DNA of 64,000 nucleotides. It comes from Marsupella aquatica (lineage: Eukaryota > Plantae > Marchantiophyta). The notes beneath the pieces are model-generated. The model was not told where the DNA came from and ran no database searches. It saw nothing but the letters and a program-made list of their open reading frames with translations. A program made the translations under genes and the position numbers. Below are positions 13,345 through 25,188 of this stretch, piece by piece (the stretch's first letter is position 1; every line of letters starts with the position of its first letter). The stretch spans positions 19,084,508-19,148,507 of the forward strand of contig OZ316895.1 of assembly GCA_973895155.1 (NCBI GenBank). The letters are read 5' to 3'.

Positions 13345-14410
13345 GGTAATGTATTATAAACTCTGGGACCATAAAAGTAAAAAAGAGTAGTAACCAAAAA
13401 TAAGTAAAAGACATGTGCAATTAAAAGGAATTGCTCAAAAGAGATCAATCTATTCTCTATCCAACTAAGGACCTAAAGAGTCCTCAAAGATGTTCCAAAC
13501 TTTTTCTATGTTCTCTATTAATTGCTAACAGAAATGCAGACTAACAATGTATACAAATTTTTCACCAAAATCTAAAATGTCATTCTTACACTCTCATAAA
13601 ACCTGCAAGCAATGAAAACATGATATTCATTCTCTATACTAGCTATCACAGAATTGGCAAACCCTCTCAATACCCTTCCATCTCCCTTGTTCTACTTCAA
13701 GATGGTGTGAACTAAGTGAGCAATCATATGTGAGTTGTAATCTAATAGTACTGCACGTCTCCTTGTTCAAGTGCAGATCTAAGCTTTGTTGGGTGTGTGG
13801 CCTTCATGTTCAGGAAAGTCCCAGGCATGAGCCACCTACACACATCTGCATACCAACCTTTAGCTGAAGATGAGCAAAGGGCATGAAAAGGAAATCTATC
13901 TTCCTCTAACTCTCTTACACGCATGATGTATTTGAGTGTTTGGAAGAGTGCCTCAACCTCCAATGGAAACAATCCTGCTTCAACAAGTGTCATGGCATAA
14001 GGGGTTTGTGACTTGACCCCCAAGCTCCATCTCAAGAAGAAGCTTTTGGATTCCCTCAATTTGTTGCCACCTTGATTTAGGCACACCTGCTCCCCAAATT
14101 TGTGCTCCATAAAGAATGATTGGCTTCACCAAAGCTCCAAAAAGGTGTCAACTTCCATGTGTGTCGATCAGCCGCTTTGCATTCATTTGGTCACAAAGGC
14201 ATAAAAAGCTGTGCATCCATTGGCAACCCTTGATTTGACGCATGAGACCCAACTCAAGTTTTGAGAGAACTCCACGCCAAGATACTTGTAGGTGTTCACA
14301 AATTCCACCGGATTTCCTTGGAAGTAAAGCAATGGATTTTGTTGTGTGCCAATCAATGCCCAAACATTTGGTCTTCTTAAGGTTGACTATCATACCTGTT
14401 GCAAAACTCT
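13345..14410 (-). mobile_element. Degenerate 3' half of RTE/RTEX-like LINE family A (CATTAC tail)
   Basis: Broken ORFs (GMIVNLKKTKCLGI; LGVKSQTPYAMTLVEAGLFPLEVEALF...KGWYADVCRW) match the copy at 44413-46165. The reverse complement of its tail (ggtaatgtattata...gggaccat) is at about 13345. Confidence 0.85.
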
Positions 14411-15140
14411 TCCAAAGAGGTTTCTGCCCACTAATTTTTTTGTTGACCTGTGTGCAGAACTCTTCGCATGGTTTGTAGATATTCCCCGCATCACCCCACC
14501 AAAAACGTTTTTGTCTGATACCTCCATGATGAACCAAAACCCTGACCAAGATCCATTTAACTTGTCATCTGCAAGTGAGAAGTCTATTCCATTCATGATA
14601 AATCTTTTTGTTTCATTAGCATTATGCAATTAATTTTTTTCACTCTGAAGAATTGCTTACTTTCTTTTTTGACATTCTTCACATTCCTCTTTGATATACT
14701 AAATGCAAACACCAATGTATTTTATAGGTGACGACTATGTCGAGGTTGACAAAGACAGGTTTGCACCATCGAGCCTAACACACTTCTCAGGGGCCAGGAA
14801 AGAGAGTGTGCAACACAACATCAAGAATAGAGGCGGTATCGGAGACAATCCCCTCAGGAGTTCTATGGGCCGCTCAATCAAGGTGTGAAGCGAAAGTCAG
14901 CCAAGTCTAGGAGAAAATAAACAGGCACTTTTGAAAAGCACAGCCAACACTTGTGTTGAGATGGCCAAGCGTGATTTTGAGATCCAGGAGCATGTGTCAA
15001 ATTTGAGAGCATGAAGCGAGTGTGTTGGCCACAACAATTTTTACTACTACAGCAAGCACGACAGCCGAGCAGATGGCACGTTTGACTGATGTCCTTATGG
15101 AGAAGGTTGCAAGTTCTTCACGGCCTTCGGAGTAGAGTAT
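14410..15140 (+). pseudogene. Possible remnant of a PIF/Harbinger accessory (Myb/SANT-trihelix-like) ORF
   Basis: Fragment KRFLPTNFFVDLCAELFAWFVDIPRITPP resembles the C-terminal part of trihelix-like Harbinger ORF1 proteins, and it converges on the Harbinger transposase remnant. Assigned from motif recall only. Confidence 0.35.
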
Positions 15141-15249
15141 CACCTACTTAGTTTGTGTGAGCAAGTACTCTAGGATATGAAGTGCATTCAATGCACAATT
15201 ACATTAAACTACAAACAACCCAGATAACACTTTGAAGCACATTTCAATT

Positions 15250-15914
15250 CCCTGGGCCCCCAGCATTATTAATAATGGGTTGGACGTGCGAACGGATGAA
15301 GGGTGCAAAAAATCTGATTTGAGATTAATTTTTATAATTGGCTTAGAAATATCAAGGGATGGTTTTATTCAAAGAACCCTTTCTAACTAATATAGGCTTA
15401 TATAAATGTTGCCCAAGTTAATATGCTTCAAGAGGTGATGTAATATGGATGTGACACGCGTCACAATAGGATTGGTCCTTGTGGCCACCCTTTATTGGAA
15501 CATGTGTATATGACATATAATTATGCTTGCAATATCTATGATTCAGAGTAGTTTAGGACTTTGGAGCTTTTGAACCCTGACTACCCTGCCGTGTGGTTCA
15601 AAAATGCCCCAAAGTTGAAGTTTGGGGTTAAAGGGTCACGAACACAAAAATGTATGTACCCAAAACCCTTCCAAAACACTCCCGTCAGTTTTAGAACCGT
15701 GTGCAAATGATGAATTTATAACTTTTCAAGGCTTTCATAAATGGTGTAAAATGTGAAATTATAATATCTCAAAGGGGCAGATTTATTCTCCAAAATTAAG
15801 TTTTTAAGAATAACAAGAGAAATTTTTATAGGCTTCCAAAAATAATAAGGGGTACTAAGGAGGGGGGTGTACGCACGTATACCTCTTTAGTTTACAAAGG
15901 CTGGGGGCCCAGGG
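15250..15914. mobile_element. 665-bp non-autonomous DNA transposon (MITE) with 15-bp perfect TIR and 8-bp TSD
   Basis: TIR ccctgggcccccagc (15250-15264) and gctgggggcccaggg (15900-15914). TSD tttcaatt at 15242-15249 and 15915-15922. Confidence 0.92.
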
Positions 15915-15939
15915 TTTCAATTTTGAGCTTTATTTGCAA

Positions 15940-17100
15940 TATTCCAAAAACACTTCTAGAAAATTTTGTGATCACGGTGTGTTATGTCTATGGGCAGCAC
16001 AACGTTCCTGCTCCCACTCTTTCTCAGGCAACAAATGGTTTGTCATTGCAACACGATAACTACGTCCATTGTTATAACTCAATTGTGCAGTTGGAGGACC
16101 TCCAGGTTCATAGGGAGGGTCTGGATCTAAACCCCATGTTGGGTCATATACATCTACGAGGTCAATACAAATGTTATGAAAAATACATACACAAGTAATA
16201 TAGTGAGCTAGTTGATAAGGATGTGGTCAAAACATTATACGATAAACAAATCTCCAACTATTCTTCAATTGTCCAAAAGCACACCCCACGCACATCTTGG
16301 TTGAGCTAAGCATGTAGTTGGATTTGCTCTTCCGGGTATGCTCTCTTGCCCAAGGAAAAGGGTTTAACAACCAAGGATAAACAAGGTAACCAACATCACT
16401 AATAATGTACTCCCCTGTAGTGAATCCAATTGGAGCCGTAAAAGCCGGGCCCTAGAGTTTTGTGTGACGTCCCACAACATCATTATAAAAACCTGACACT
16501 CTTAGAAGGCAAGAGTCCTGAATGTTGTCAAGCCATCCTGCAAATAAATCTAAAAATTGATGTTGGCTATCACAAACAACTTGCATGGAAATGCTTTGAC
16601 CATCCCTGTAGTCACAATAATAAGTGGAATTCATCCCAAGAGGTAACTCCACCTGAAAATGAGTGGCGTCAATTGCACTACAGCAATTTGGAAATCCTTG
16701 CAATTGGCAAAACCCTTCTTTTACCTGTGCCATGGCCAACTCAAATGGTATCTCTCTTGCGCTCACAATTAATGCCTTCACAAATCGCCAAATCACATAA
16801 AAAAATACATGGGATTGAAACTCCAAACATCTCCAACAACAAGCACTCACTGGCAAATCTGTGCAGTGCTATGGCAACTTGTCTCTCAACCAACAATGTC
16901 CTGTTGGACAAATTGCGTAGGCCAGGTGGGGGTTGTGTAGTCATATCTCTTCAAACCACGTCACAAATGTACACAAACATTGCAGGCGACACCCAAAACA
17001 AATTCTTGAAGACAATTCTTGAAACTAGATAGTCTTTGATGACATGCATAAGGTACCACCCACTTCATTCTCTTGATCTTGGCTCAATAAAATTTTGAGA
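15940..17100 (-). pseudogene. PIF/Harbinger (DDE_Tnp_4/HARBI1-like) transposase remnant, frameshifted
   Basis: Fragments VERQVAIALHRFAS...EMFGVS, GFPNCCSAIDATHF and SISMQVVCDSQHQFLDLFAGWLDNIQDS are typical Harbinger HTH and DDE motifs. Boundaries are approximate. Confidence 0.85.
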
Positions 17101-19666
17101 CAAAAGGCAATGATCTCTGGAAAATTCAAGTTGAATATATAGTCTGACATAGTACAAACAAGTTTGCAAAGAGTGTACCGTCCACTTCACCCGACACCGG
17201 CCTATATTCCACAAAATAGTAGCAACAAGACCTGACCAGTGCATCTGCTACAAGATCACTTGTTGGAACACATTAGAATTGTAGAACAAATGATCTCCCA
17301 TTCCTCATTGAAAAGAACCATTTTCCAAATTGTCACGGATGAAACTACTTGCATAATGCATCAAAGAAAACAAAGATGTGAACGAGGAAAAAAAATCAGA
17401 ACATTGCAAGAGACACATAAAGAAACAAAATGAAAAAATAATATAGATAATGAGAAAAGACAAAAAGCATTTTTCTATAGGAACAAGTAATACTGCTTGA
17501 CCTCAACTTAATTATTAGATATTGCTGAAAGTCACATATGTTAGTTTGTGCCTGGGATTTTGGGGATCAATGCACACTAGACATTTTATTGACATAGACA
17601 GTGCACAAGTGAGGAGAAGATGCCAAGTCCATGGAGTAAAGACGATGTCTACTCTCTCCAAGCTCATGACAAGAGAAGCAAGCCACCCAGCAAGCCAACT
17701 CTCGCCAACTTCTTTGATAGAGCCACCAAGCTCCAAGGTGCATCCTCAAACTAGAGTGAAGCAGGATGAACTCATGCTTTCAATTATTTCTACTCGTCTA
17801 CTTAATTCTTCACTGTTTAATCTTCAGCTGTAGCTCGATTGAGATGGAGCTTTACAATTACACTGAAGAAGAGTTGATGGGAATCCTTTTGTCCTAAGTC
17901 GTCATAGAAGTAAGAAATAGACAGTGCATATTGGAAACAGGGTTGAAGTATCAACGAATTCAAAAGTGAACTTGATGACAAAATTAAGGTCAGACAAGAA
18001 CCTAATAAATCAACCACCAACAATGCCTTGTCACAAGGAATGGTGATAAATGGTGAACTTGAATTGATCATGATGTTTGATACAAGGAGGAGATATGGAT
18101 TCTTATGCAGCAAATGTCCACTGGCCTGTCCAGACTTGCTATCACTGCATATCTCATATGTCGGACTAAAAGAGAACATGGAAACTTTGTTGCAGGAAAA
18201 CGTACGTAGACGTTACCCGGTTCCAAAGATCCTAAAACCAGAGCACAAAAACTAGAAGACAAACAGAACACAGTAAGCTCTATCATGCCTAAGTGAACCG
18301 ACGTTTTGGACTTGGAGCTGGCTGTTGTCAATAGTAAAACATGTTACGCAACTCTCTGGGACTAGCGACCTTGAAAGTGGTGTGTCCTAGACACGTTTGC
18401 TATGCTCTCCCATTATAAGACACAACGATATTAGCTCACAACAACTTGGTAGGGAAGCGATTAATGAAGCAAAACTTTCAAATGTGTTTAGACTACACCT
18501 TGCCTCTAACGTAGGATATTTTGTTCCTCTCAGCGACATTTTTCTCTTGCACGACCACTTCAAATTGTTTTGTTAAACACATGAAGCTCTTGTGTTTCAA
18601 CTGTTGTGGACATTGCGATCTTGTGAAGAGTGAACAAGTGACATGCAAATTGAGCACGGGTTTGCATTACGTTCGACAATCCGTCTGTGGTCTGTTGGAA
18701 GTTTGCAGGTCCACATTTGTTGCGGCAGACACCCTGCAAACTTACCCTGCATAACCTATGATTGGGAACCGACAAAAAGGGACACAGTGCCTTGTGCAGA
18801 GTCCACATTGCAGATATTAAGATCTTCGTATGATGCATAATCTGCTTTTACCCGAGAGATTTGCTTGGTGGGACCTCCATGGAAAAGTGCCGACTAGACC
18901 AGACCCAGAAAGTCGAAAATTGCCCGGTGGGACCCCAAAAGGAGGTCTGAACGGGTTTCGCGTGTAAAACCCGGGCTGCACAGATTTCTGGCAGCTTACG
19001 TGGACGGACCCGGTAAAATTGACGATGGGACACCCCTTCAGCCTTCCAGGTCCGTAGGGAGGGCAGTCTGGCCCAGGACTTCCCATCCAGAAAGTCGGGC
19101 CCCATTGGATCCAAAATGTTAACGTTGCATTGAGAGCTGCAAGACCTTGCTCTACATTGAACCTACGATGCATGCAGACGAAGCTCTGCATTGAACCTGG
19201 GAGGGGAGGATCGAGAGTTGCAAGACGAAGCTGTGTGCTCCAAGGGGACGATCGAGGAGTGGTAAAATCTGCCAGGAGAAGATCACCCAACATTGTCAAG
19301 TTTTCAGTAATTTCACCGAAGATATCAAGACGGGGCTGTGGATGCGGTGATGGCAGCTGAATGCACAGAAGCAAAGTGACAGAACGCCGAAGCATATTGC
19401 AGGGAGAGGAGTTGGTGGTGGAAGCTGCGCTGTGGGGAGAGCGTTGTCACTGCTGTTTGTTGCGCTGCGGGTTTAGGGTACGTGACATTATGCTGCCCCA
19501 ATCATGCTAGGGAGAAGGGACTCAAAGGCAAACACCAGGCCCTATATAACGCAATGAGTCCATTTTGAGGTGCTTAGTAGCTGCGCGGTGGGGAGAGAAG
19601 CATTACCAGAACCATCCTGTACTGAAATTTTTCATTGCACACTCACATTGTCAACAAAAAAACACG

Positions 19667-22640
19667 ATGGAGGCAGAAGTTCTTGAAGAAAACCTAGCGC
19701 CCGATTGGATGAGAGGGGATGCTTACCCTATATATATTCCAGATGAGGAGAGACTTCCGTTGCCTCCAAGCAATGAGTTGCAGGGCCGTTTTGCAGCTTG
19801 GAATTCTGAGATTGAACAAGTCCATCCACTATTGAAAGGAAAGTCTGTACATGAGGTGGAAGAGGAGGCTAGTCGTATGAGGCTTGGAGAATCATTCTGT
19901 AGTTTTAATGAATTCGACCGGTGCTTGGATTCATGGAGTGTGCTGCATGGGAGAGTGAGCCATAGGTTCAAGACAAAATACAAGTTCAGAGTTAGAGTTT
20001 GTCGATTTGGAGCTGCCATTAGACCTCGTTGGAGAGGAAACAACTCAAATTCTGGTCCGGATTCTTTGTTTGGAACTGCAGGTCTCCATGAAATCCTGCA
20101 TGAAACTGAATTCAATAATTCAATAGGATCCCAGAATTCAGGCCCAGATTCTGAGATCAAAACTGTAGGTCTCCATGAAGCGGATTTCATTCATTTAGCA
20201 GGATCCCAGAATGCAAGTCCAGATTCGCAGATTGAAATTGCAGGTCTCCATGAAGTTGATTTCATTAATTTGACAGGATCCCTGGAAGATTGTGGTGACA
20301 AAGAAAATGCAGGGGAACTGCCACATAGTCCATTGCTCATCAATTCCAGAGCACCATTACAAGAAATTCACGCCAATACAATGCACCAGTCCATGGGAAC
20401 TCATAATAGCCGGAGGGAATTCGTGGCACATACTAGGGAGTGGATCCCAGCTAGTTTTCCACAGCGCCTAGCAGGAAGGGACAAGGTTCGAAGGCAATCA
20501 AAGACTGGAGCATGTGGACAGCAATGTAGGTTCTTGCCACCACAGGATAGTGATAACACTGAACTCATGCAGCCCTGCCCATTTCGAGTTAGGTGTCAAC
20601 GTGAGAAGGATGGAAAGTTTACAATCACAGTATGTGATTTGCAGCATACTTGTCCAGGATACAAGCATAAGTGGCGAGGCCCTGTCCAAAAATCTGCATG
20701 GTTGGGTGAGACGCTGGCACCTCGAGTAGTGCTAAATGTCCAAGTGCCAGTGAAGGAGATGTTAAATGGACTGAGAATGGACTACAAAAAGAGTTGCAAT
20801 TACCATCAAATGTGGAGGGCTCGAGAACTTGTGCGAGACTGGTATCTGGGTGGCCAGCGTCAAAGTTTCCTCCTAATTCCTTCATTGCTGGATAGAATGA
20901 AGGATGTTGATCCAAATTGTGTAGTTGATTGGTCTAGTGTGGAAGGCGGTCGAGTTTTTAATCGAGCATTCATATGCCCTTCTGCGACCCGCACAGCTTT
21001 GCAGTACAGTCAACCTGTGGTCTGCATTGATGCGTGCCACACCAAGAATCGAAAGTATCCGATTCAACTCTTTGTAGCTACTGCACTTGATGGGAACTCC
21101 CAAGTAAACATTCTTTGTTATGCCATTGCCCCAGTCGAGAATACTGACAACTGGACATGGTTTTTGTCATTGCTAGAGCAATCAATTCATGGAATAGCAG
21201 ACCCTACTATTCCAGTCATTTCCGATAGACAGAAGGGCCTACAAGCAGCTGTTAAAAATGTGTTCCCAACAAAGGTTCACGGCCATTGTGCCAACCATTT
21301 GAGAGCCAACTTGAGGAAACGTCATGGCAAGGGAGCAGAACGAATCTTTCTGGCTTGTGTGTATGCTAACACCAAGAGACGGTAAGGCTAGTGCATGCTT
21401 TGTACAATCCAATTTTATACTTTCAATTTGAAGAACTTACAGAGATTGGCTAAGCTTATACATTGGCACTGACATGGATTGCAGGTTTGAATTGTTGCTG
21501 AACCACTTGTCAACATCGGTTACAGACGGAGCTAATGCAGTAAAGTACATCAGAGACATGGACGAGAACTTGTATGCCAGGCATGCATTCCCCTTGCCCC
21601 GTCTTGGGAAGGTTACCAGCAACCCTGTGGAGCAAGCCAACTCAGGTTTGCTTCCCATTAGGGAGTTTGCACCTTTTAAAGTGCTAGTAGAGTTGTGGTA
21701 TTATGTCCAAACTCACTACAACAACAAGGAAGCAGCTGCAATTGCAAGACAAGAGACCTATAGCCAGCAAGCATTGAAGCGACACACAACCAACTTGCAA
21801 TCCTTTGGACAATGGCAAGTGCTAGATGATGGACAGAGTCAAGCAAAAGTTCAGACCACAGACCAACGGGAGGAGTATCTGGTCACATTATCACCAAAGC
21901 TCTCTTGCAGTTGTGTGGAGTTACAAGAAATGCTCTGGCCATGTGAACATATAATGGCTTGGTATGACAGGGATGGTAAAGACTTCACTCAGCTTTTCCA
22001 CCACTGCTGGAAGATGTCTTCTTTGCGAAAGTTGTATGAGCCAAAGGTACCTTGTTTCCTGGTTTGTGATTTGGACCCATCAGAGCACTGTCTTCCTCCT
22101 ATTCCAGCAGTGAAAAAAGGCAGGCATAGGGTGGTGCGAATTGAGAGAGGCAACAGACCATCCACAACAGAAGATCTTGCACAGGATGAGTATGTGGATG
22201 AAGAGGGGAATTTATTCCGACAATTTCCAATTCAAGAAGACAGTCAGAGGATGGCACCCATGCAAACTGCACAAACTACAGCTAGGTCTCACCAAGTTCC
22301 CACAGTAAGGCAGACACCAACTGGAACAACTAGGATGCCTCAAGTGAATCCTCATCAGTGCAAATGTTCTATTTGTGGTCAAGTGGGCCACAACAAGAGA
22401 ACTTGTCATGTGAACAGAGCAACAACAGGAACTCCACAAATACAAGTACCAGAAGACAATGGGGAAGCCTTGCATGACCATGCTCGACCGACTTCTCAGA
22501 CAGTAAACCCATCAGGTCCATTTGCATATTCAGAAAGCTCAGACAATTCATGTGAGTCTGATAATGTGGATACGTTGAACTCAGATGAAGAACCAAGTCA
22601 AGTCAGTGACATGGATCATTTCATTAGCATTGCAAAATGA
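19667..22640 (+). CDS. MURA-like Mutator transposase (MULE DDE domain, SWIM zinc finger, CCHC knuckle), 2 exons
   Basis: ATG at 19667. Intron 21382-21484 (gtaagg...gcag) restores the frame. Motifs: CPFRVRC...QHTC, VCIDACHTK, ISDRQKGL, HGHCANHLRAN, TSNPVEQAN, CSCVELQEMLWPCEH (SWIM) and CSICGQVGHNKRTC. No stops after splicing. Confidence 0.93.
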
Positions 22641-22832
22641 GATAGCAAGAGAAGCTATAGGAGCATTTGACCCACAAGATCTGTAGGAGAACTCATATTG
22701 CTGCCTGAGTTGCTGCAGCAAGTTAATGATTGTAACTGCAACCAAATTTTGACATCAAAATGAAATGCTCCAAATTTATTCCAAAATTGGCAAATTCAAA
22801 TCACATGAGAGTTGCATTTGTGTCCGATGCCT

Positions 22833-23453
22833 CTACATGTCACCATTTCCACAAAATATCTCACAGCAACACACACATCTATAAACATGATGGCCAACAT
22901 CATCTAAACCCAAGAATTCTATGTTCTGTCTGTGAAGTGAGTATGGGATGTATCCAGTGGTAGCCACCTCCCTGTCCATCCAATTCTCTGCTTGTAAGAT
23001 AGACGTAAAAGACTTGTGTTTGGCCCCACTATACCTAGTGACTTGTCTGCCAGCCTCCTCCCAAGTCTTGTATATTCCAGGAGTTCTCCCTATGGCCACT
23101 GCATACCATTTTTGCTTTGAGCTCACTCCCAGGTTACAATTATATGGTCTCTTGATTGAAGAACCTAAAAAAGCGCTAGGTTTACTGCAAGAAGTAGACA
23201 CTGAATGGGGACTCGGATCTCTGTGGAGATTCCCTTTGCCAGCTTCATTGTCCATAGGCAGGGGTCCTTCCACAACAGTCCCTAGCGATTCATGACTTGT
23301 AGAATCGAGTACAACAGGGAGTGGACGGATACGCTCCAACATGAGATGAACAAAACCAAAAATCGCACTAAGTACTCCTACAAGTGACCAGAGAAATGCA
23401 CGAGCTGCAACCCAAAATTGGTTGCCCGAATCGTGCTCTGTTGCTTTAGCCAT
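22833..23453 (-). CDS. MULE accessory ORF: N-terminal hydrophobic helix plus RNase H1 N-terminal / caulimovirus viroplasmin (Cauli_VI)-type domain
   Basis: ATG at 23453. Hydrophobic segment FWVAARAFLWSLVGVLSAIFGFVHLML. KWYAVAIGRTPGIYKTWEEAGRQVTRYSGAKHKSFTSILQAENWM fits the hybrid-binding-domain consensus (YAV..GR.PGIY..W.E...QV..Y.GA.HK.F....EA..W). The ORF lies inside the TIRs. Confidence 0.85.
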   Translation of the reverse strand: MAKATEHDSGNQFWVAARAFLWSLVGVLSAIFGFVHLMLERIRPLPVVLDSTSHESLGTVVEGPLPMDNEAGKGNLHRDPSPHSVSTSCSKPSAFLGSSIKRPYNCNLGVSSKQKWYAVAIGRTPGIYKTWEEAGRQVTRYSGAKHKSFTSILQAENWMDREVATTGYIPYSLHRQNIEFLGLDDVGHHVYRCVCCCEIFCGNGDM

Positions 23454-24537
23454 GAGCGTCCAATGCTCCCAACCAAACCTGCTATGCGTAGCCTTCCGTT
23501 TGGTGGAGGAAACCCTTTGAGTAATCAGCTTGGGACAGCAGAACGTCCGCTATCCTCCCCACAATGCAAAACAGAGCAGCACCGATCCTCTCCCACTGCA
23601 ATGCACCTCAATCGACCAACTCTTCGCCCCACAGCTAGCGCCTACGACCAAATTGTCTCCTAGCACAGCTTCGCAGCGCAGCGCAGCTTGACAGCGCAGC
23701 TTCATTGGTCTCCATGCAATCCGCTGCCCTCCCAACACGCACCTGCTGAATCAATAATAAACTCTACCTAAACCTGTAGCCAACAAAATGGAGTGCTTCG
23801 CATTTCAGACGAAGCGATGCTCTCCTCACAACAGAGCTTGGTCTCGCAGCACTTTGGCGAACAGCACAACGCAGGGCAGGTTCAATGTAGAGCAAGGGCT
23901 TGTAGCTCTCAACGCAGCGTCGACATTTTGGATGCAATGGGGCCTGATTTTCTGGATGGGAAGTCCTGGAGCTCACTGCCCATTAGCATCCCAACGGGCC
24001 TTGAAGGCCGAAGGGGGAGTTCTGCTTCCCCTTTCCCATCGTCAATTTTCCCGGGTCCCATCCACGTAAGCTGTCAGAAATCTGTGCAGCCCGGGTTTTA
24101 CACGCGAAACCCGTTCCAACTTCCTTTTGGGGTCCCACTGGGCAATTTTTGACTTTCTGGGTCTGGTCTAGTCGGCAATTTTCCATGGAGGTCCCACCAA
24201 GCAAATCTCTCGCTTTTACCCTGATTTTTGCTCAGGTTTCACATGGGTTAAGCCCCTCTCAAAGTTCCCCTGCATGCCCAAAATGCGTGTCCAGGATGTA
24301 GTTTGGGCCTTGTTTTCTGGTCGTCAGTAGTATGGAGAACCCTCCTGCAAAGTTAGAGAGTAGTCTGAACAACCCTAAACCCTCCTGCAAAGTTAGAGAC
24401 ATTGTAATATGGGAACCTTATAGAGAGACCCTAAGGTTTGTGACTTTGGCCTACAGGACTCCTATGCCTTCCTCGATGTTAGATAGGGTTGCACTAGGGC
24501 ATATGCTCGAGAGACACAAAGTTCGAGACATCCTCAC

Positions 24538-24739
24538 AGGGAGAGATATACTTGATGGACCCCTAAATTGAAATGTCTTACTTGATAGACCCCATGAGAC
24601 CTTATGAGCTCTTGGGTACATTGATTTGAGGTCTATCAAGGGTCCACATTGATTTGAGGTTTATCAACAGTTTGGATCACTAATGGGTCCATCAAGTAAC
24701 ATTTTGCATTTTGGGAGTCCATCAAGTATCTGTGTCCCT
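24538..24739. mobile_element. ~200-bp MITE-like element upstream of PRIM2
   Basis: Inverted ends agggagagatatacttgatggacccc and gggagtccatcaagtatctgtgtccct. Similar to the 12976-13343 units. Confidence 0.65.
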
Positions 24740-24902
24740 AATGGGGGAACCTTGTAGAGAGATCCTAGTGTATGTGACTTAGGTTCTATGCCTTCCTCGA
24801 TGTTAGCTAAGTTTAAGTATCTCTGTCCCTAATGGGGGAACCTTGTAGAGAGATCCTAGTGTATGTGACTTAGGTTCTATGCCTTCCTCGATGTTAGCTA
24901 AG
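24724..24902. repeat. ~90-bp tandem duplication in the PRIM2 upstream region, with a diverged third copy at ~24408-24486
   Basis: aagtatct(g/c)tgtccctaatgggggaaccttgtagagagatcctagtgtatgtgacttaggttctatgccttcctcgatgttagctaag occurs twice. Confidence 0.9.
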
Positions 24903-25188
24903 GTTATGTACTATGGCATCGCCACTTAGTGTACATCGCCACCTAGTAACAAATGGAAAAAATCCTTGTGTATCATTCGTTGAGACAAATGTTTTTGGCA
25001 AAGTTTCTCTGCGAATTGACCGGGGTGCACTGTAAATTGAGATTTCCCGCCATTTCACTATGTACCCTCCGAGCTCGATTGGACAAATCCTCGCGAAATG
25101 GTCATAATCTTCGTTCGAGCTGTGCGATGCGCAATCGGTTAAGCGGTCAAAGAGAAGGAGAGAGAAGAGTAGAAGTCGACTCGGCGGG

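Larger units (their letters stand above)
18854..24211. mobile_element. Mutator-like (MULE/MuDR) DNA transposon, 5358 bp, apparently autonomous, two convergent genes
   Basis: Imperfect TIRs of about 310-330 bp, beginning gagagatttgcttggtgggacctccatggaaaa (18854) and ending ttttccatggaggtcccaccaagcaaatctctc (24211). Perfect 10-bp TSD gcttttaccc at 18844-18853 and 24212-24221. Confidence 0.96.

Noticed and set aside
17500-18840. Several short ORFs between the Harbinger remnant and the MULE
   Set aside because: No recognisable motifs or consistent exon structure, so I cannot support a call.
18817-19395. ORFs overlapping the MULE TIRs (also 23764-24204) with similar peptides at both ends
   Set aside because: The similarity simply reflects the inverted repeats and the peptides show no protein motifs.
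24408-24902. CRISPR-like repeat array (also considered 12976-13343 and 59971-60404)
   Set aside because: Long tandem duplications or MITEs without unique spacers, no cas genes, and a eukaryotic context.
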